This document shows positions 28,418 to 38,303 of a stretch of 64,000 nt of DNA, one piece after another. The stretch lies in assembly GCA_023423335.1 (NCBI GenBank), contig JAFAFU010000030.1:94883-158882 (forward strand), given 5' to 3'. The DNA comes from Bacillota bacterium (GTDB lineage: Bacteria; Bacillota; Clostridia; Lachnospirales; Lachnospiraceae). The notes beneath the pieces were generated by a model. It was not told the DNA's origin and ran no database searches. It saw nothing but the letters and a program-made list of their open reading frames with translations. The position numbers and the translations under genes are program-made. Numbering within the stretch: position 1 is the first letter of the stretch; the number at the start of each line of letters is the position of its first letter.

Positions 28418-28576
28418 ATGGGATGTTTATGTGGTAATCAATGCAGATGTCGAACGCGTATATGTTGTTCTTGCAGATGCAGCTCGTATAGGTGTTGTTC
28501 ATATAGGTGTTGTTCTCGCAGATGTTGTTCTAATATATGTTCGCGCACGTGCTGCTGTAGGCGTATATGCTGTTAA
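28418..28576 (+). CDS. Cys/Arg-rich peptide (52 aa, 20 Cys), not in the ORF track
   Basis: AAGGAG 8 nt before the ATG; MGCLCGNQCRCRTRICCSCRCSSYRCCSYRCCSRRCCSNICSRTCCCRRICC*; terminator 13 nt downstream. Confidence 0.75.
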   Translation: MGCLCGNQCRCRTRICCSCRCSSYRCCSYRCCSRRCCSNICSRTCCCRRICC

Positions 28577-28588
28577 AGTCCGATAATA

Positions 28589-28632
28589 CTATTGAAAAGG
28601 CACCAAACAAGATTCTGGTGCCTTTTCAATAG
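28589..28632. terminator. Bidirectional terminator
   Basis: CTATTGAAAAGGCACCA/TGGTGCCTTTTCAATAG 17-bp arms. Confidence 0.75.
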
Positions 28633-28685
28633 GTAGATTTGTATAAATAAATTTTTAATTATTCGGATAACAAGCTATCTTTTGC

Positions 28686-29558
28686 TTAATCATAATAGTC
28701 ACTTAACGCATCTTGAATATATATTTTATAAGTGTCGTATTCAGCATATTTATATGAGTAGAAAGACTCACTTATATAATCTTTAATTGTTGGTCTTTCA
28801 TATTCTATAACAATGCTTTCACCACTGCCTAAATTGTTATTATATGAATTGCTATCATAACCAACTATCTCATCATCTTTATAATATATAACATAACTTT
28901 TTATCTCTTGAATATTTAATACTGAATTGTTTGTTAATTTAACCATTACTCCTTCAGAACCTATATTTGACTCTATGCTAATTTCTCGATAAAGATTTTC
29001 ATGATTAAACAACCAATCGTCATCTGATATAAATGTCAATTCATAATGTTCATATTCAACATAATCTTGGTTTTTATCTTTTGGTAAATCAAAAATTAAT
29101 ACCCCTTCTTGTTCAGGAACAAATGATTCGATAAATGCATCATCCATTGATAACATATTACCCTTATCATCATAATAGACAATATTTGCTTTTAAACAAG
29201 GAAAGGAATATGTACTGTTATTTGTTACAATAAAGATTAGATTGTTTATTGTTTTACTTTCAGAATAGAAAACATTATTTACATAATCCTTACCTGATAA
29301 ATCTTCATTGATTATCTCAGGCTTATAATCATCTGACGGCACAACTTCCATAGCATTTTCTTTATAAAGCTCATTGTTATATATATACTCCGATAATTCT
29401 GCACTAACTCTATCGTACTCTGATTGTAAGATAAAAAGTCTTTCTTTGTACTCTTCATTTTCTTTTTTAATAGAATTATATACCTCTTGAGTGATACCCT
29501 TCTGACAACCAACCAATAACAAACATAAGATAGCAAATATAAACATTTTTATCTTCAT
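28686..29558 (-). CDS. AT-rich lipoprotein with coiled coil and two FxLYD-like beta repeats
   Basis: Lipobox LVGC; NIVYYDDKGN and YVIYYKDDEIVG repeats; visibly more AT-rich than its flanks. Confidence 0.7.
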   Translation of the reverse strand: MKIKMFIFAILCLLLVGCQKGITQEVYNSIKKENEEYKERLFILQSEYDRVSAELSEYIYNNELYKENAMEVVPSDDYKPEIINEDLSGKDYVNNVFYSESKTINNLIFIVTNNSTYSFPCLKANIVYYDDKGNMLSMDDAFIESFVPEQEGVLIFDLPKDKNQDYVEYEHYELTFISDDDWLFNHENLYREISIESNIGSEGVMVKLTNNSVLNIQEIKSYVIYYKDDEIVGYDSNSYNNNLGSGESIVIEYERPTIKDYISESFYSYKYAEYDTYKIYIQDALSDYYD

Positions 29559-29640
29559 GCTCACCCTCCCCAGCCCATGTTATACTACAATTTCCCTTAT
29601 TATACCATGTATTGTATTAAAAATACAACAAAAACGGAGG

Positions 29641-29816
29641 CAGAACGAGATCGCAAAAATACAGAAATAAAATTAAGGGATGAACCATTATGGAACATCC
29701 CTTTTTAATACTTAAATTTGTGTGCTACTTGTGTGTTATGCGTGTGTTATTTACTGATTTTCATAGCATCTCACAAATATTCACAATATTTCAAAGCCCT
29801 GAAAATGCGGCATTCC
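29641..29816 (+). mobile_element. Probable attachment-site scar of a decayed integrative element
   Basis: Three GTGTG(C/T)TA direct repeats at 11-bp period (29720, 29731, 29742) next to the GGGtGRT stop codon; integrase-tail-like fragment QNEIAKIQK*. Confidence 0.45.
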
Positions 29817-30827
29817 TTAGAAATTACCCTTGTCTGCAGCTTCCTGTAAGCTTACTGCTACCGCCACGGTGGCTCCGACCATAGGGTTGTTGCCCATGCC
29901 GATCAGGCCCATCATTTCTACATGAGCGGGAACGGAGGAGGAACCTGCGAACTGTGCGTCGGAGTGCATTCTTCCCATGGTATCCGTCATGCCGTAGGAT
30001 GCGGGACCTGCTGCCATGTTATCCGGATGAAGGGTTCTGCCTGTGCCGCCGCCGGAAGCAACGGAGAAGTACTTCTTACCCTGTTCGAGGCATTCCTTTT
30101 TATAGGTACCGGCAACAGGGTGCTGGAATCTGGTCGGATTGGTGGAGTTACCGGTAATGGATACGTCAACGCCTTCCTTGTGCATGATAGCAACACCTTC
30201 CGTTACATCATTCGCACCGTAGCAGTTTACCGCCGCTCTGGGACCATTGCTGTAAGACTTACGGAATACTTCCTTTACTTCGCCGGTGTAATAATCCATA
30301 TCGGTCTCCACATAGGTAAAGCCGTTGATACGGGAAATGATCTGTGCGGCATCCTTGCCAAGACCGTTTAAGATAACTCTTAAGGGCTTTTGTCTAACCT
30401 TGTTGGCAGACATGGCAATACCGATTGCTCCTTCCGCTGCCGCAAAGGATTCATGACCTGCCAGGAAAGCAAAACACTCAGTCGTCTCTTCCAATAGCAT
30501 CTTACCAAGGTTACCATGACCTAAACCAACTTTTCTCTGGTCTGCTACGGAACCGGGGATACAAAATGCCTGTAAGCCTTCGCCGATGGCAGCCGCTGCA
30601 TCGGCAGCTCTTCTGGCGCCCTTCTTGATAGCGATGGCAGCGCCTGCTATGTATGCCCAGCTTGCATTCTCAAAAGCGATGGGCTGAATACCCTTAACCT
30701 GGTTATATACGTCCAGACCGGCATCCTTAGTGATTTTCTCAGCTTCTTCGATGGATGCGATACCGTAACTGTTCAATACGGCATTAATCTGGTTAATTCT
30801 TCTCTCATATGATTCAAATAAAGCCAT
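29817..30827 (-). CDS. GGGtGRT protein
   Basis: Signature SVASGGGTGRTLHPDN; MALFESYERRI N-terminus. Confidence 0.92.
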   Translation of the reverse strand: MALFESYERRINQINAVLNSYGIASIEEAEKITKDAGLDVYNQVKGIQPIAFENASWAYIAGAAIAIKKGARRAADAAAAIGEGLQAFCIPGSVADQRKVGLGHGNLGKMLLEETTECFAFLAGHESFAAAEGAIGIAMSANKVRQKPLRVILNGLGKDAAQIISRINGFTYVETDMDYYTGEVKEVFRKSYSNGPRAAVNCYGANDVTEGVAIMHKEGVDVSITGNSTNPTRFQHPVAGTYKKECLEQGKKYFSVASGGGTGRTLHPDNMAAGPASYGMTDTMGRMHSDAQFAGSSSVPAHVEMMGLIGMGNNPMVGATVAVAVSLQEAADKGNF

Positions 30828-30845
30828 TGTATGTATCCTCCTTTA

Positions 30846-31538
30846 CTATTCGTGTCTTGGGTCAATGATCTTAACGGCATCTGCAACACGGCCATACTGA
30901 CCTTTGGATTTTTCAAATGCTGTGTTTGCATCATCACCTTTTTTGATGAAGTCCATCATCTTACCAAGGCTAACGAACTGATATCCGATAATCTCATTAT
31001 CAGCATCCAGAGCGATACCGGTAACATAGCCTTCTGCCATTTCAAGATAGCGGGGTCCTTTTGCAAGAGTTCCATACATGGTTCCAACCTGGCTGCGGAG
31101 GCCTTTTCCCAAATCCTCAAGACCTGCACCAATCGGTAAGCCGTCCTCGGAGAAAGCGCTCTGTGTTCTGCCGTATACGATCTGTAAGAATAATTCTCTC
31201 ATTGCTGTATTGATAGCATCGCATACTAAATCGGTATTCAAAGCTTCTAAGATTGTCCTGCCCGGTAATATCTCAGATGCCATAGCTGCGGAATGGGTCA
31301 TGCCGGAGCATCCGATGGTCTCAACCAAGGCTTCCTGAATAATACCTTCCTTAACATTTAATGTCAATTTACAGGTACCCTGCTGCGGTGCACACCAGCC
31401 TACGCCATGAGTTAAACCTGAAATATCGGTAACTTCCTTGGCCTTTACCCATTTTGCTTCTTCAGGAATTGGTGCTGCGCCATGGTTCACGCCCTGAGCA
31501 ACGGGACACATCATTTTTACTTCATGTGAATAAATCAT
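30846..31538 (-). CDS. IscU/NifU-like Fe-S scaffold-fold protein, partner of GGGtGRT
   Basis: GWCAPQQGTCK, ETIGCSGMTHSA and LVCDAIN; start MIYSHEV. Confidence 0.8.
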   Translation of the reverse strand: MIYSHEVKMMCPVAQGVNHGAAPIPEEAKWVKAKEVTDISGLTHGVGWCAPQQGTCKLTLNVKEGIIQEALVETIGCSGMTHSAAMASEILPGRTILEALNTDLVCDAINTAMRELFLQIVYGRTQSAFSEDGLPIGAGLEDLGKGLRSQVGTMYGTLAKGPRYLEMAEGYVTGIALDADNEIIGYQFVSLGKMMDFIKKGDDANTAFEKSKGQYGRVADAVKIIDPRHE

Positions 31539-31775
31539 GTTGGTGAAACTCCTTTCAATGTACATAGAATTACATATGTCTGTTATTTACTTAACATATT
31601 TTCGCATAAAACCTACATTAAGTCCATAGTTTTTTTATAAATCTTTGCCCCGTCCGGAAAAACATCATAATTACTAAATTGCGGGAGTCTACGGTTTTAT
31701 CAAATATCGGAATATCTTCATTTCAAAGGCTTTTTACATCATATCCTCGGGCTGCCTCTCTTCCATTTCACCACA

Positions 31776-32999
31776 TCAGACTTCATGTTTTAAATTTAAG
31801 TCAGCAAAGATCCGGTTTATGATGGTAAAGAGTATAATTGCAGTCAGGCAATAGATGATAAGAAGCTGATATGTATCATAATATGAGTTTGATATTGCAT
31901 ATAGATTGCCAATAATAAAGGGTCCTGTAAAAGAGCCGACCAAAGTAAAAAGGCCCTGGATACTATAATTAGCGGAGTAAAATTTCTGTCCGAACGTATG
32001 CAGTGTATACGCTGAAGAAATCGGATGAACGGCGCCAAAGCACAATCCAAGCAGAATATACCCTGTTACAAGGAGCGTGGAATTCACCGTATCTAATGCC
32101 AGTACAATCGTTATAATACTGATCGTCAGAAATACCATTGAGATTGCCATAGCCGATTTTCTCCCCTTTTTATCGTATATAAAGCCATAGAAAATCCTGC
32201 TGAAGGAATTAAAAAATGCAATCAGGCCGGAATAAAATGCTGCTTCTGCAGTTGATATCCCAAAAGACAATGCGCAGGCTACCGAATTGCTGGCTACCGA
32301 CATACAGATGCTTGATATCATAACACACCATAAAAAGAATATCCAAAACCTGCTCGTATGAAGCATCTGTTTTGTTGTGAAACCGGAAGCATCCTCCTTT
32401 CTCCTGCTTTGTCCCGGATCATTTGCAGGAGAAAAGGGATCATTCGGATGGGGCCGTACTATGATAAGATTTAACATCAATACCACGATGCAGATACAGC
32501 CTAAAGTAATAAACGCATTTCTCCAGCCAAAGGCTTCGATCCAGCTGTTGAGAGGGACATTGAACACCATGGCGGTCAATCCGGTTCCCATAAACATGAT
32601 TCCCCCGATCATGCCGGGATTTTCAGGAAACCATGACAGCATTGTTGTTAATAATGCTTTATATCCGATCCCTGAACCGAAACCGAACATCACGCCAAAG
32701 GTTAAATAGCAGGTTTCAATTGATTGAGCTTTTGCGGTAAGCAATATGCCGAGTCCAATCATTATGGTGGATAATAAAAGCAGGGGCTTTATCTTTATTA
32801 TTCCGTAAAGATATCCGCTGGCCAGGCATCCAAGACTGAATACGACCAGACATATTGTAAATACGGACGAGGATTCCCTTGCCGTACAATGAAATGCTTC
32901 TTCTAAAGATGTGGCAAATACGGGCAGCACATAGCCAAGACCATATAAACACATAGAAATCGTAGAAATAACCAGATAAATGTATCTTCGCCTTTTCAT
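31776..32999 (-). CDS. MFS transporter (OFA/oxalate:formate antiporter-like)
   Basis: About 12 TM segments; GFGSGIGY...WFPE; central TTKQMLHTSRFW. Confidence 0.8.
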   Translation of the reverse strand: MKRRRYIYLVISTISMCLYGLGYVLPVFATSLEEAFHCTARESSSVFTICLVVFSLGCLASGYLYGIIKIKPLLLLSTIMIGLGILLTAKAQSIETCYLTFGVMFGFGSGIGYKALLTTMLSWFPENPGMIGGIMFMGTGLTAMVFNVPLNSWIEAFGWRNAFITLGCICIVVLMLNLIIVRPHPNDPFSPANDPGQSRRKEDASGFTTKQMLHTSRFWIFFLWCVMISSICMSVASNSVACALSFGISTAEAAFYSGLIAFFNSFSRIFYGFIYDKKGRKSAMAISMVFLTISIITIVLALDTVNSTLLVTGYILLGLCFGAVHPISSAYTLHTFGQKFYSANYSIQGLFTLVGSFTGPFIIGNLYAISNSYYDTYQLLIIYCLTAIILFTIINRIFADLNLKHEV

Positions 33000-33153
33000 A
33001 AATATAACCTCCAAAGGTATCCTGTCGTTTAGGTCGATCTGAAAATAAATATACTTCGCCTTTTATTGCCATGGCCTTGATAAGTCCATAATGTCAGGTC
33101 TGTAAAAGCTCATGGTAATAAATGCGAAGTATAAGAATTACCCTATGATAGAT

Positions 33154-34194
33154 TTAATTAAAATAGGCCCCTAAATTATAGGGTGAATATATCCCTTTCT
33201 CCGTTATCACACCGTCACAGAGCTTGGGCGGTGTAATATCAAAGGCTGGATAATAACCCTTCACGCCCTCCATCGTTACCTTAGTGCCCATTGCCTCCAT
33301 AACGAGAGCCGGATCTCTTTCTTCAATTCTTACCGATTCAATATCCGGATGTGCAGGATTTGGCGTTCCTGTTACAAAGTAAGGTATTCCCCAATAATGA
33401 GCCGCAAGCGCAATCTGAAAGGTCCCTATTTTGTTGACGATGTGACCGTCCATCGTGATAACATCCGCCGCAGAAGTAAACAGGTCCACTTTTTTCTGCT
33501 TTATCGTATATCCGGGCATATTATCGGATATAACGGTTACATCAAAGCCCATGTCATAGGCTACGCTGGCCGTCAGCCTGGCGCCCTGGAAGTATGGTCT
33601 GGTTTCAGGACAAATGACTTTAATCTCATTGCCTCTCTCCCTGCACTCCTTCAGCATCGTTCCTATTACTGTTTCTGCAAAGCACTGTGTCATTACAGTG
33701 CCGCCCTTAGGAATCTGATCCGCCAGATATTTTCCTATCGAAATATATCTTAAATAATTGTTATTAATGAAATTAAATGCGTACTTGAAAAGTGCGTCCA
33801 CCAGCGGCTGTCCGTAATTTCCTCCTGCCATCTCTTCATTTACAACCTTCATGGCGCCATCCACAACACGCTTCATCTTTTCCACCGTGGTCGGACGTGC
33901 ATGAGACAACGTATAAGCGGCATTCTCCATATATCCTCTGATTTCCTCTCCCCGCTTTTCTTTTGCCTCATATGCCGCAAGCGCCATACCCATTGCAGCC
34001 GCCGTGTAAGGACCTCCGCTCTGTGTTACCATATCCGCAATTGCCTGCGCTACTTCTTCATGCCTTGTGCAAACCACATATTTCGTTTCAATCGGATAAA
34101 TACGCCGATCTAAGATCCTGACCTTTCCATCTTCATACCATGCAACATTTTCATATTGCAGCATAAATGCCATTCCTTTATCTGCTCTCACCAA
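33154..34194 (-). CDS. mtnA: S-methyl-5-thioribose-1-phosphate isomerase family
   Basis: LDRR, ARPT, ETRPYFQGARLTA, NKIGTFQIA, IEERD and YPAFDITP; TTG start inferred. Confidence 0.88.
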   Translation of the reverse strand: MVRADKGMAFMLQYENVAWYEDGKVRILDRRIYPIETKYVVCTRHEEVAQAIADMVTQSGGPYTAAAMGMALAAYEAKEKRGEEIRGYMENAAYTLSHARPTTVEKMKRVVDGAMKVVNEEMAGGNYGQPLVDALFKYAFNFINNNYLRYISIGKYLADQIPKGGTVMTQCFAETVIGTMLKECRERGNEIKVICPETRPYFQGARLTASVAYDMGFDVTVISDNMPGYTIKQKKVDLFTSAADVITMDGHIVNKIGTFQIALAAHYWGIPYFVTGTPNPAHPDIESVRIEERDPALVMEAMGTKVTMEGVKGYYPAFDITPPKLCDGVITEKGIYSPYNLGAYFN

Positions 34195-34208
34195 GCTATC
34201 GCCTCTTT

Positions 34209-35366
34209 CTACAACATATTCCAAAATAATTGTTCTACCTGTTCCTTCGTTGGCCGGACAGGATTATTTCCAAGACTTGAATCCTTTAACGCTTTATCTG
34301 CCAGCAGGCCGATATCCTCTTCCTTTACTCCCAGTGAAATCAGCCGGACCTTTGTTCCGATTTTACCGGACAGCGCTTCAACCTTTTCTATAAACAGCCC
34401 GGCTTTCCGGCTGTCATCTTTTCCGGTACACTCCAGCGGAAATAAATCATTCGCAATTTCACCATATTGTCTCTGTGCTATTTTGTCTTCACAATTGAAT
34501 CTCATAATTTCCGGCAATAATATTGCATTGCATAATCCATGCGGAAGATCATAAATGGCGCTCAGCTGATGGGACATGGAATGAACCAGGCCGCAGCCTG
34601 CATTGCCAAATGCAAGACCAGCCAGATACTGACCGGCAGCCATTCCCTCTCTGTCTTCCTCATTCGGGTTTAACACTGCCCCCTCCAAATGCTTAAATAT
34701 CAACTTGACCGCACTTAAAGCCAATGCAGAAGTAAGACAGTAGCCATTGATCGAGGTATAGCACTCTACCGCATGGGTCAATGCATCCATACCTGTTCCG
34801 GCCGTTAAGCCCTTGGGGAGTCCCATCATAAGCTCATGATCATCGACAGCAATCGCCGCCATGACATTTTTATCCCTGCTTCCATATTTGTCGTTTGTCT
34901 CCTCATCCAAAATAACATAGGCCCTTGTGCACTCGCTGGCCGTCCCTGCCGTGGTATTAACGGCAACCAGCGGAACGGAAGCTTTTTTGCTCATATCCGT
35001 ACCTCTGTAGTCTTGAATCCTGCCGCCGTTGGCAGCTAAAACACTGATGGCCTTAGCACAGTCATGGGCGGAGCCTCCGCCAATGGATACGATAAAGTCA
35101 CAATTGTTTTCCTTCAATATTATTAGACCATTGTCCACATTTTTCACCGTCGGATTTGGCTTGACACCATCAAAAATATGATAGGGAATATTATTTTTTT
35201 CAAGCACGTCAGTTACTTTTCCAGCTATTCCCAATTGAATCAGGGACTTGTCCGTAACAACCAGTGCTCTTTTATAACCATTGCTTAAAATCTCTTCCCC
35301 CAGAGAACTCAAGCATCCATACCCAAATAAAGTACACTTTGGGGAGTAATACTTAAATGCGCTCAT
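34209..35366 (-). CDS. Iron-containing alcohol dehydrogenase (FucO-like)
   Basis: GGGSAHDCAK, NTTAGTASE, GMDALTHAVE and GLVHSMSH...HGLCNA. Confidence 0.9.
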   Translation of the reverse strand: MSAFKYYSPKCTLFGYGCLSSLGEEILSNGYKRALVVTDKSLIQLGIAGKVTDVLEKNNIPYHIFDGVKPNPTVKNVDNGLIILKENNCDFIVSIGGGSAHDCAKAISVLAANGGRIQDYRGTDMSKKASVPLVAVNTTAGTASECTRAYVILDEETNDKYGSRDKNVMAAIAVDDHELMMGLPKGLTAGTGMDALTHAVECYTSINGYCLTSALALSAVKLIFKHLEGAVLNPNEEDREGMAAGQYLAGLAFGNAGCGLVHSMSHQLSAIYDLPHGLCNAILLPEIMRFNCEDKIAQRQYGEIANDLFPLECTGKDDSRKAGLFIEKVEALSGKIGTKVRLISLGVKEEDIGLLADKALKDSSLGNNPVRPTKEQVEQLFWNML

Positions 35367-35370
35367 CCGT

Positions 35371-36018
35371 CTACCTCCTTAATCTGCTTTTCATAACCGC
35401 AACAGCCTCCTGCGGCACAAGCCTGACAGCTCCGTTGCTTTTTGCCAGAGAATAAATCCTGGCGGCGTCTTCTACGTAAACGGCTCTGATATGAGCCCGT
35501 TCCAGGGTATCGCCGATTGCAAGGACACCATGGTTCGCCAGCAGGCAGGCACTGCTTTCCTCCAGGGCCTTTAAGGCTTCCAGCCCCACATCCTCCGTGC
35601 CCGGAAGTGCAAATTTTGCCACGGAAACTTCTCCGCCAAGAAACGGAACCATCTCAATCAAAACAATCGGTATTGTTTCATCATTTACGGCAAAGGATGT
35701 TGCATATGGAGAATGCGTATGTATAATTGCCTTAATATCCGCTCTGTTCTTATAGATCACTGCATGCATACGCCACTCAGAGGAAGGTTTGTTATTGCCT
35801 TCGATAATTTCGCCGTCCAGCTTCATCAGCATGATATCATCCACTCCCATCGTCTCATAAGCAATCGAGCTTGGAGTAATGGCCATGATGCCTGTTTCAT
35901 GATCATAAACGCTTAAATTACCGCTTGTTCCGGCAAATAAAGCCTGCTGATAGGATAGGCGGGTCATTTGAAGTAAATTTAATTTTATATCCAAAGATAA
36001 TTTCATATTTCTGTCCAT
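35371..36018 (-). CDS. Class II aldolase (FucA/Ald2-like)
   Basis: GTSGNLS, ITPS, KPSSEWRMH, IHTHS and LANHG. Confidence 0.9.
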   Translation of the reverse strand: MDRNMKLSLDIKLNLLQMTRLSYQQALFAGTSGNLSVYDHETGIMAITPSSIAYETMGVDDIMLMKLDGEIIEGNNKPSSEWRMHAVIYKNRADIKAIIHTHSPYATSFAVNDETIPIVLIEMVPFLGGEVSVAKFALPGTEDVGLEALKALEESSACLLANHGVLAIGDTLERAHIRAVYVEDAARIYSLAKSNGAVRLVPQEAVAVMKSRLRR

Positions 36019-36048
36019 TCCTTCCGAATTATTGGTATCAACTTATAT

Positions 36049-37272
36049 TTATACAATAGTTGCATACTTCTTAATAGTCTTAATATAGTTTTCACCGCAC
36101 TGGTACAATGAATAACGCTCCATAATATACTCTTTTGCCGCCATGACACAAATTTTCTCCGCTCTTGCTCTCTGCTCCGGTATTTTAATCTCCGCTATAT
36201 CCTTAACCTTGGCACTGCCTACAATCCTTCGATTGATTTCCAATCCGGCCACTCCGGCGGTATCTGATAACACATCCTCCACATACCACTCCGCAAATCC
36301 GCAGGTTTGGGCCATCCTGTCCGCAGCCTCTTCTTTCAGAATTTTGAGTGCCTTTGCTTTAAATAGATCAATCGTATTACTTATTGCATCCTCTACCCAC
36401 GTCTGATATTTGTGTTTTTTCATATCGTCCTTCATTGTCACTTCCGCATTAACCCACCCAAACAAAAGATTTGCTATTACATTTCCGACATCGTACCCGA
36501 TAGGACCATAGAACGCAAACTCCGGATCCAAAACCATGGTAGAACCATCCTTCACAAAAATTGATCCCGTATGCAGATCTCCGTGGATTAAGGCCTGGGC
36601 CTTTGATTTAAATTGATCCTTCAGCTTTGCAACTTCTAAATGCAATTTATTATCCTGATACAATTCCTTCTCAAAAAATCCGGCATTGGGCTCGAACAGG
36701 AGGTTATTTCCGGATAGATTGGTATAAGGGTCCGTATAAACAAGCCTCTCTGATACGGAGCATAAAGCAGGATTCATGAATTCCTTTACTTTTTCTTTTT
36801 TTTCATTTGGGGAAATAATATTATCGGTAGTACGGATCAGTGTTTCAGCCATAAAGGTCGAAATATCTTCCGCAAAGGTGGAAAATGTTTTGTGTTCTAT
36901 CATCGCATATCTCATATTTTCATAATCCCGTAAATCCTCCATCACCAGGCAGCACATAACCGGGTCATAGAGATAAACCTTCGGAACAAGACCGGGGGCC
37001 AACTCTCCTTCCAACTGCAGGATTGCCGCTTCAATCCTGTTACGGTCCGTACTCACAAACTGCTTCGTAGACCTCACTTGTACATCAGCATGCTTGATAA
37101 TAACCGACTGATTCGTCTTAAGGTCCAATACCCGAAATACATAATTAATATTTCCGTCCCCGATTTCTTTGCAAACCAAATCGGCGTCCGTATCAAAATA
37201 TTCTAATTTCTCCGCCACATACTCAAGTACATCCTGTTCATCCATATTAAAATTTTTATCAAACTTATGCAT
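36049..37272 (-). CDS. mtnK: S-methyl-5-thioribose kinase
   Basis: EIGDGNINYVF, HGDLHTGS, DPEFAFYGPIGYDVG and RRIVG.A.V.D. Confidence 0.92.
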   Translation of the reverse strand: MHKFDKNFNMDEQDVLEYVAEKLEYFDTDADLVCKEIGDGNINYVFRVLDLKTNQSVIIKHADVQVRSTKQFVSTDRNRIEAAILQLEGELAPGLVPKVYLYDPVMCCLVMEDLRDYENMRYAMIEHKTFSTFAEDISTFMAETLIRTTDNIISPNEKKEKVKEFMNPALCSVSERLVYTDPYTNLSGNNLLFEPNAGFFEKELYQDNKLHLEVAKLKDQFKSKAQALIHGDLHTGSIFVKDGSTMVLDPEFAFYGPIGYDVGNVIANLLFGWVNAEVTMKDDMKKHKYQTWVEDAISNTIDLFKAKALKILKEEAADRMAQTCGFAEWYVEDVLSDTAGVAGLEINRRIVGSAKVKDIAEIKIPEQRARAEKICVMAAKEYIMERYSLYQCGENYIKTIKKYATIV

Positions 37273-37306
37273 GTTATCATTCTCCCTTACTTAATCAGGC
37301 TCAAAA

Positions 37307-38302
37307 TCAATCCTCTTTTGTCGTATAATAAGTCGATGCCAGGGCAAGGGCTAAAACGATACCCTTTACTGCATTCAAAGAATAATAAGGAACAGACATC
37401 ATAATGAGTCCATTATCTAAAATACCCACTAAGGTTGCGCCGATCAAAGTACCGATTGCATTAGGTTTTCCCTGCCCTGCTACGGAACGCCCGATAAATA
37501 CCGCAGCCAGCGCCGGCATCATAAAGGAGCTTGCGCCATTGATCTGTGCGGATTGGTTTCTCGAAGCAACCAGTATGCCGCCGATTGCAATACATACGCC
37601 GGCCATTAATCCGGCAATAATCCTGTATTTTTTGACCGGTATGCCCGATAGTTTAGCGGCAATCTTGTTGCCCCCGACCGCATAGATATACCTTCCGTAC
37701 TTGGTGTATTTTAAGAACACATGAACAAAGGCAACCGCCACCAGCATAATAATAATAATTGTAGGCGAGGTTCCTAACATCTTGAGGGTCTTAGGAACGG
37801 AACCCAGGGACGGTGTGCCGTCCGGTCTCGGCATCCCCGCACTGATTGAGCCGCCGCCCGAATATGTCAGGCTCAGTCCCTCGATGAAAAACATCATAGC
37901 AACCGTAGACAGAAGATCAGGGATTTTACATTTAACAATAAGGAACATTACAATGCCTGTGAGAACCAGGGTCCCTATAATTGTAATCAGAATTGCCAGC
38001 CACAAATTCATATCGTACCAAATAACAAAGCTCATAACGAAGAAACTGGACATCGAAGCAGTCGATCCTGCCGATAAATCAAATCCGCCTACAGACAGCG
38101 TCAGGGTAAGTCCCATTGCAATAACTGTCGTTACTGCGATTGACCGCAAAATAGTTGTTATGTTATCCGTGGTAGGAAAGATGTCCGGCATCTTAAGTGA
38201 AAAAAACAGGATCAGGATGACTACTGTCAAAACCGCAGCCCAATCTGTTATCAGTTTTCCTATATTTATTTTGGGGATCCTCGTCTTATTTTTATCTTCC
38301 AC
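37307..38302 (-). CDS. Sugar ABC transporter permease (RbsC-like)
   Basis: GGFDLSAGS; GRYIYAVGGNKIAAKLSGI. Confidence 0.9.
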   Translation of the reverse strand: MEDKNKTRIPKINIGKLITDWAAVLTVVILILFFSLKMPDIFPTTDNITTILRSIAVTTVIAMGLTLTLSVGGFDLSAGSTASMSSFFVMSFVIWYDMNLWLAILITIIGTLVLTGIVMFLIVKCKIPDLLSTVAMMFFIEGLSLTYSGGGSISAGMPRPDGTPSLGSVPKTLKMLGTSPTIIIIMLVAVAFVHVFLKYTKYGRYIYAVGGNKIAAKLSGIPVKKYRIIAGLMAGVCIAIGGILVASRNQSAQINGASSFMMPALAAVFIGRSVAGQGKPNAIGTLIGATLVGILDNGLIMMSVPYYSLNAVKGIVLALALASTYYTTKED

Positions 38303-38303
38303 T

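Noticed and set aside
28418..28576. RiPP biosynthetic gene cluster
   Set aside because: No maturase, peptidase or exporter is adjacent and no leader region is evident; kept only as an alternative for the peptide.
28389..28586. 65-aa V/A-rich ORF in the track
   Set aside because: It is an alternate frame of the Cys-rich repeats with no RBS; the AAGGAG RBS fits the ATG at 28418.
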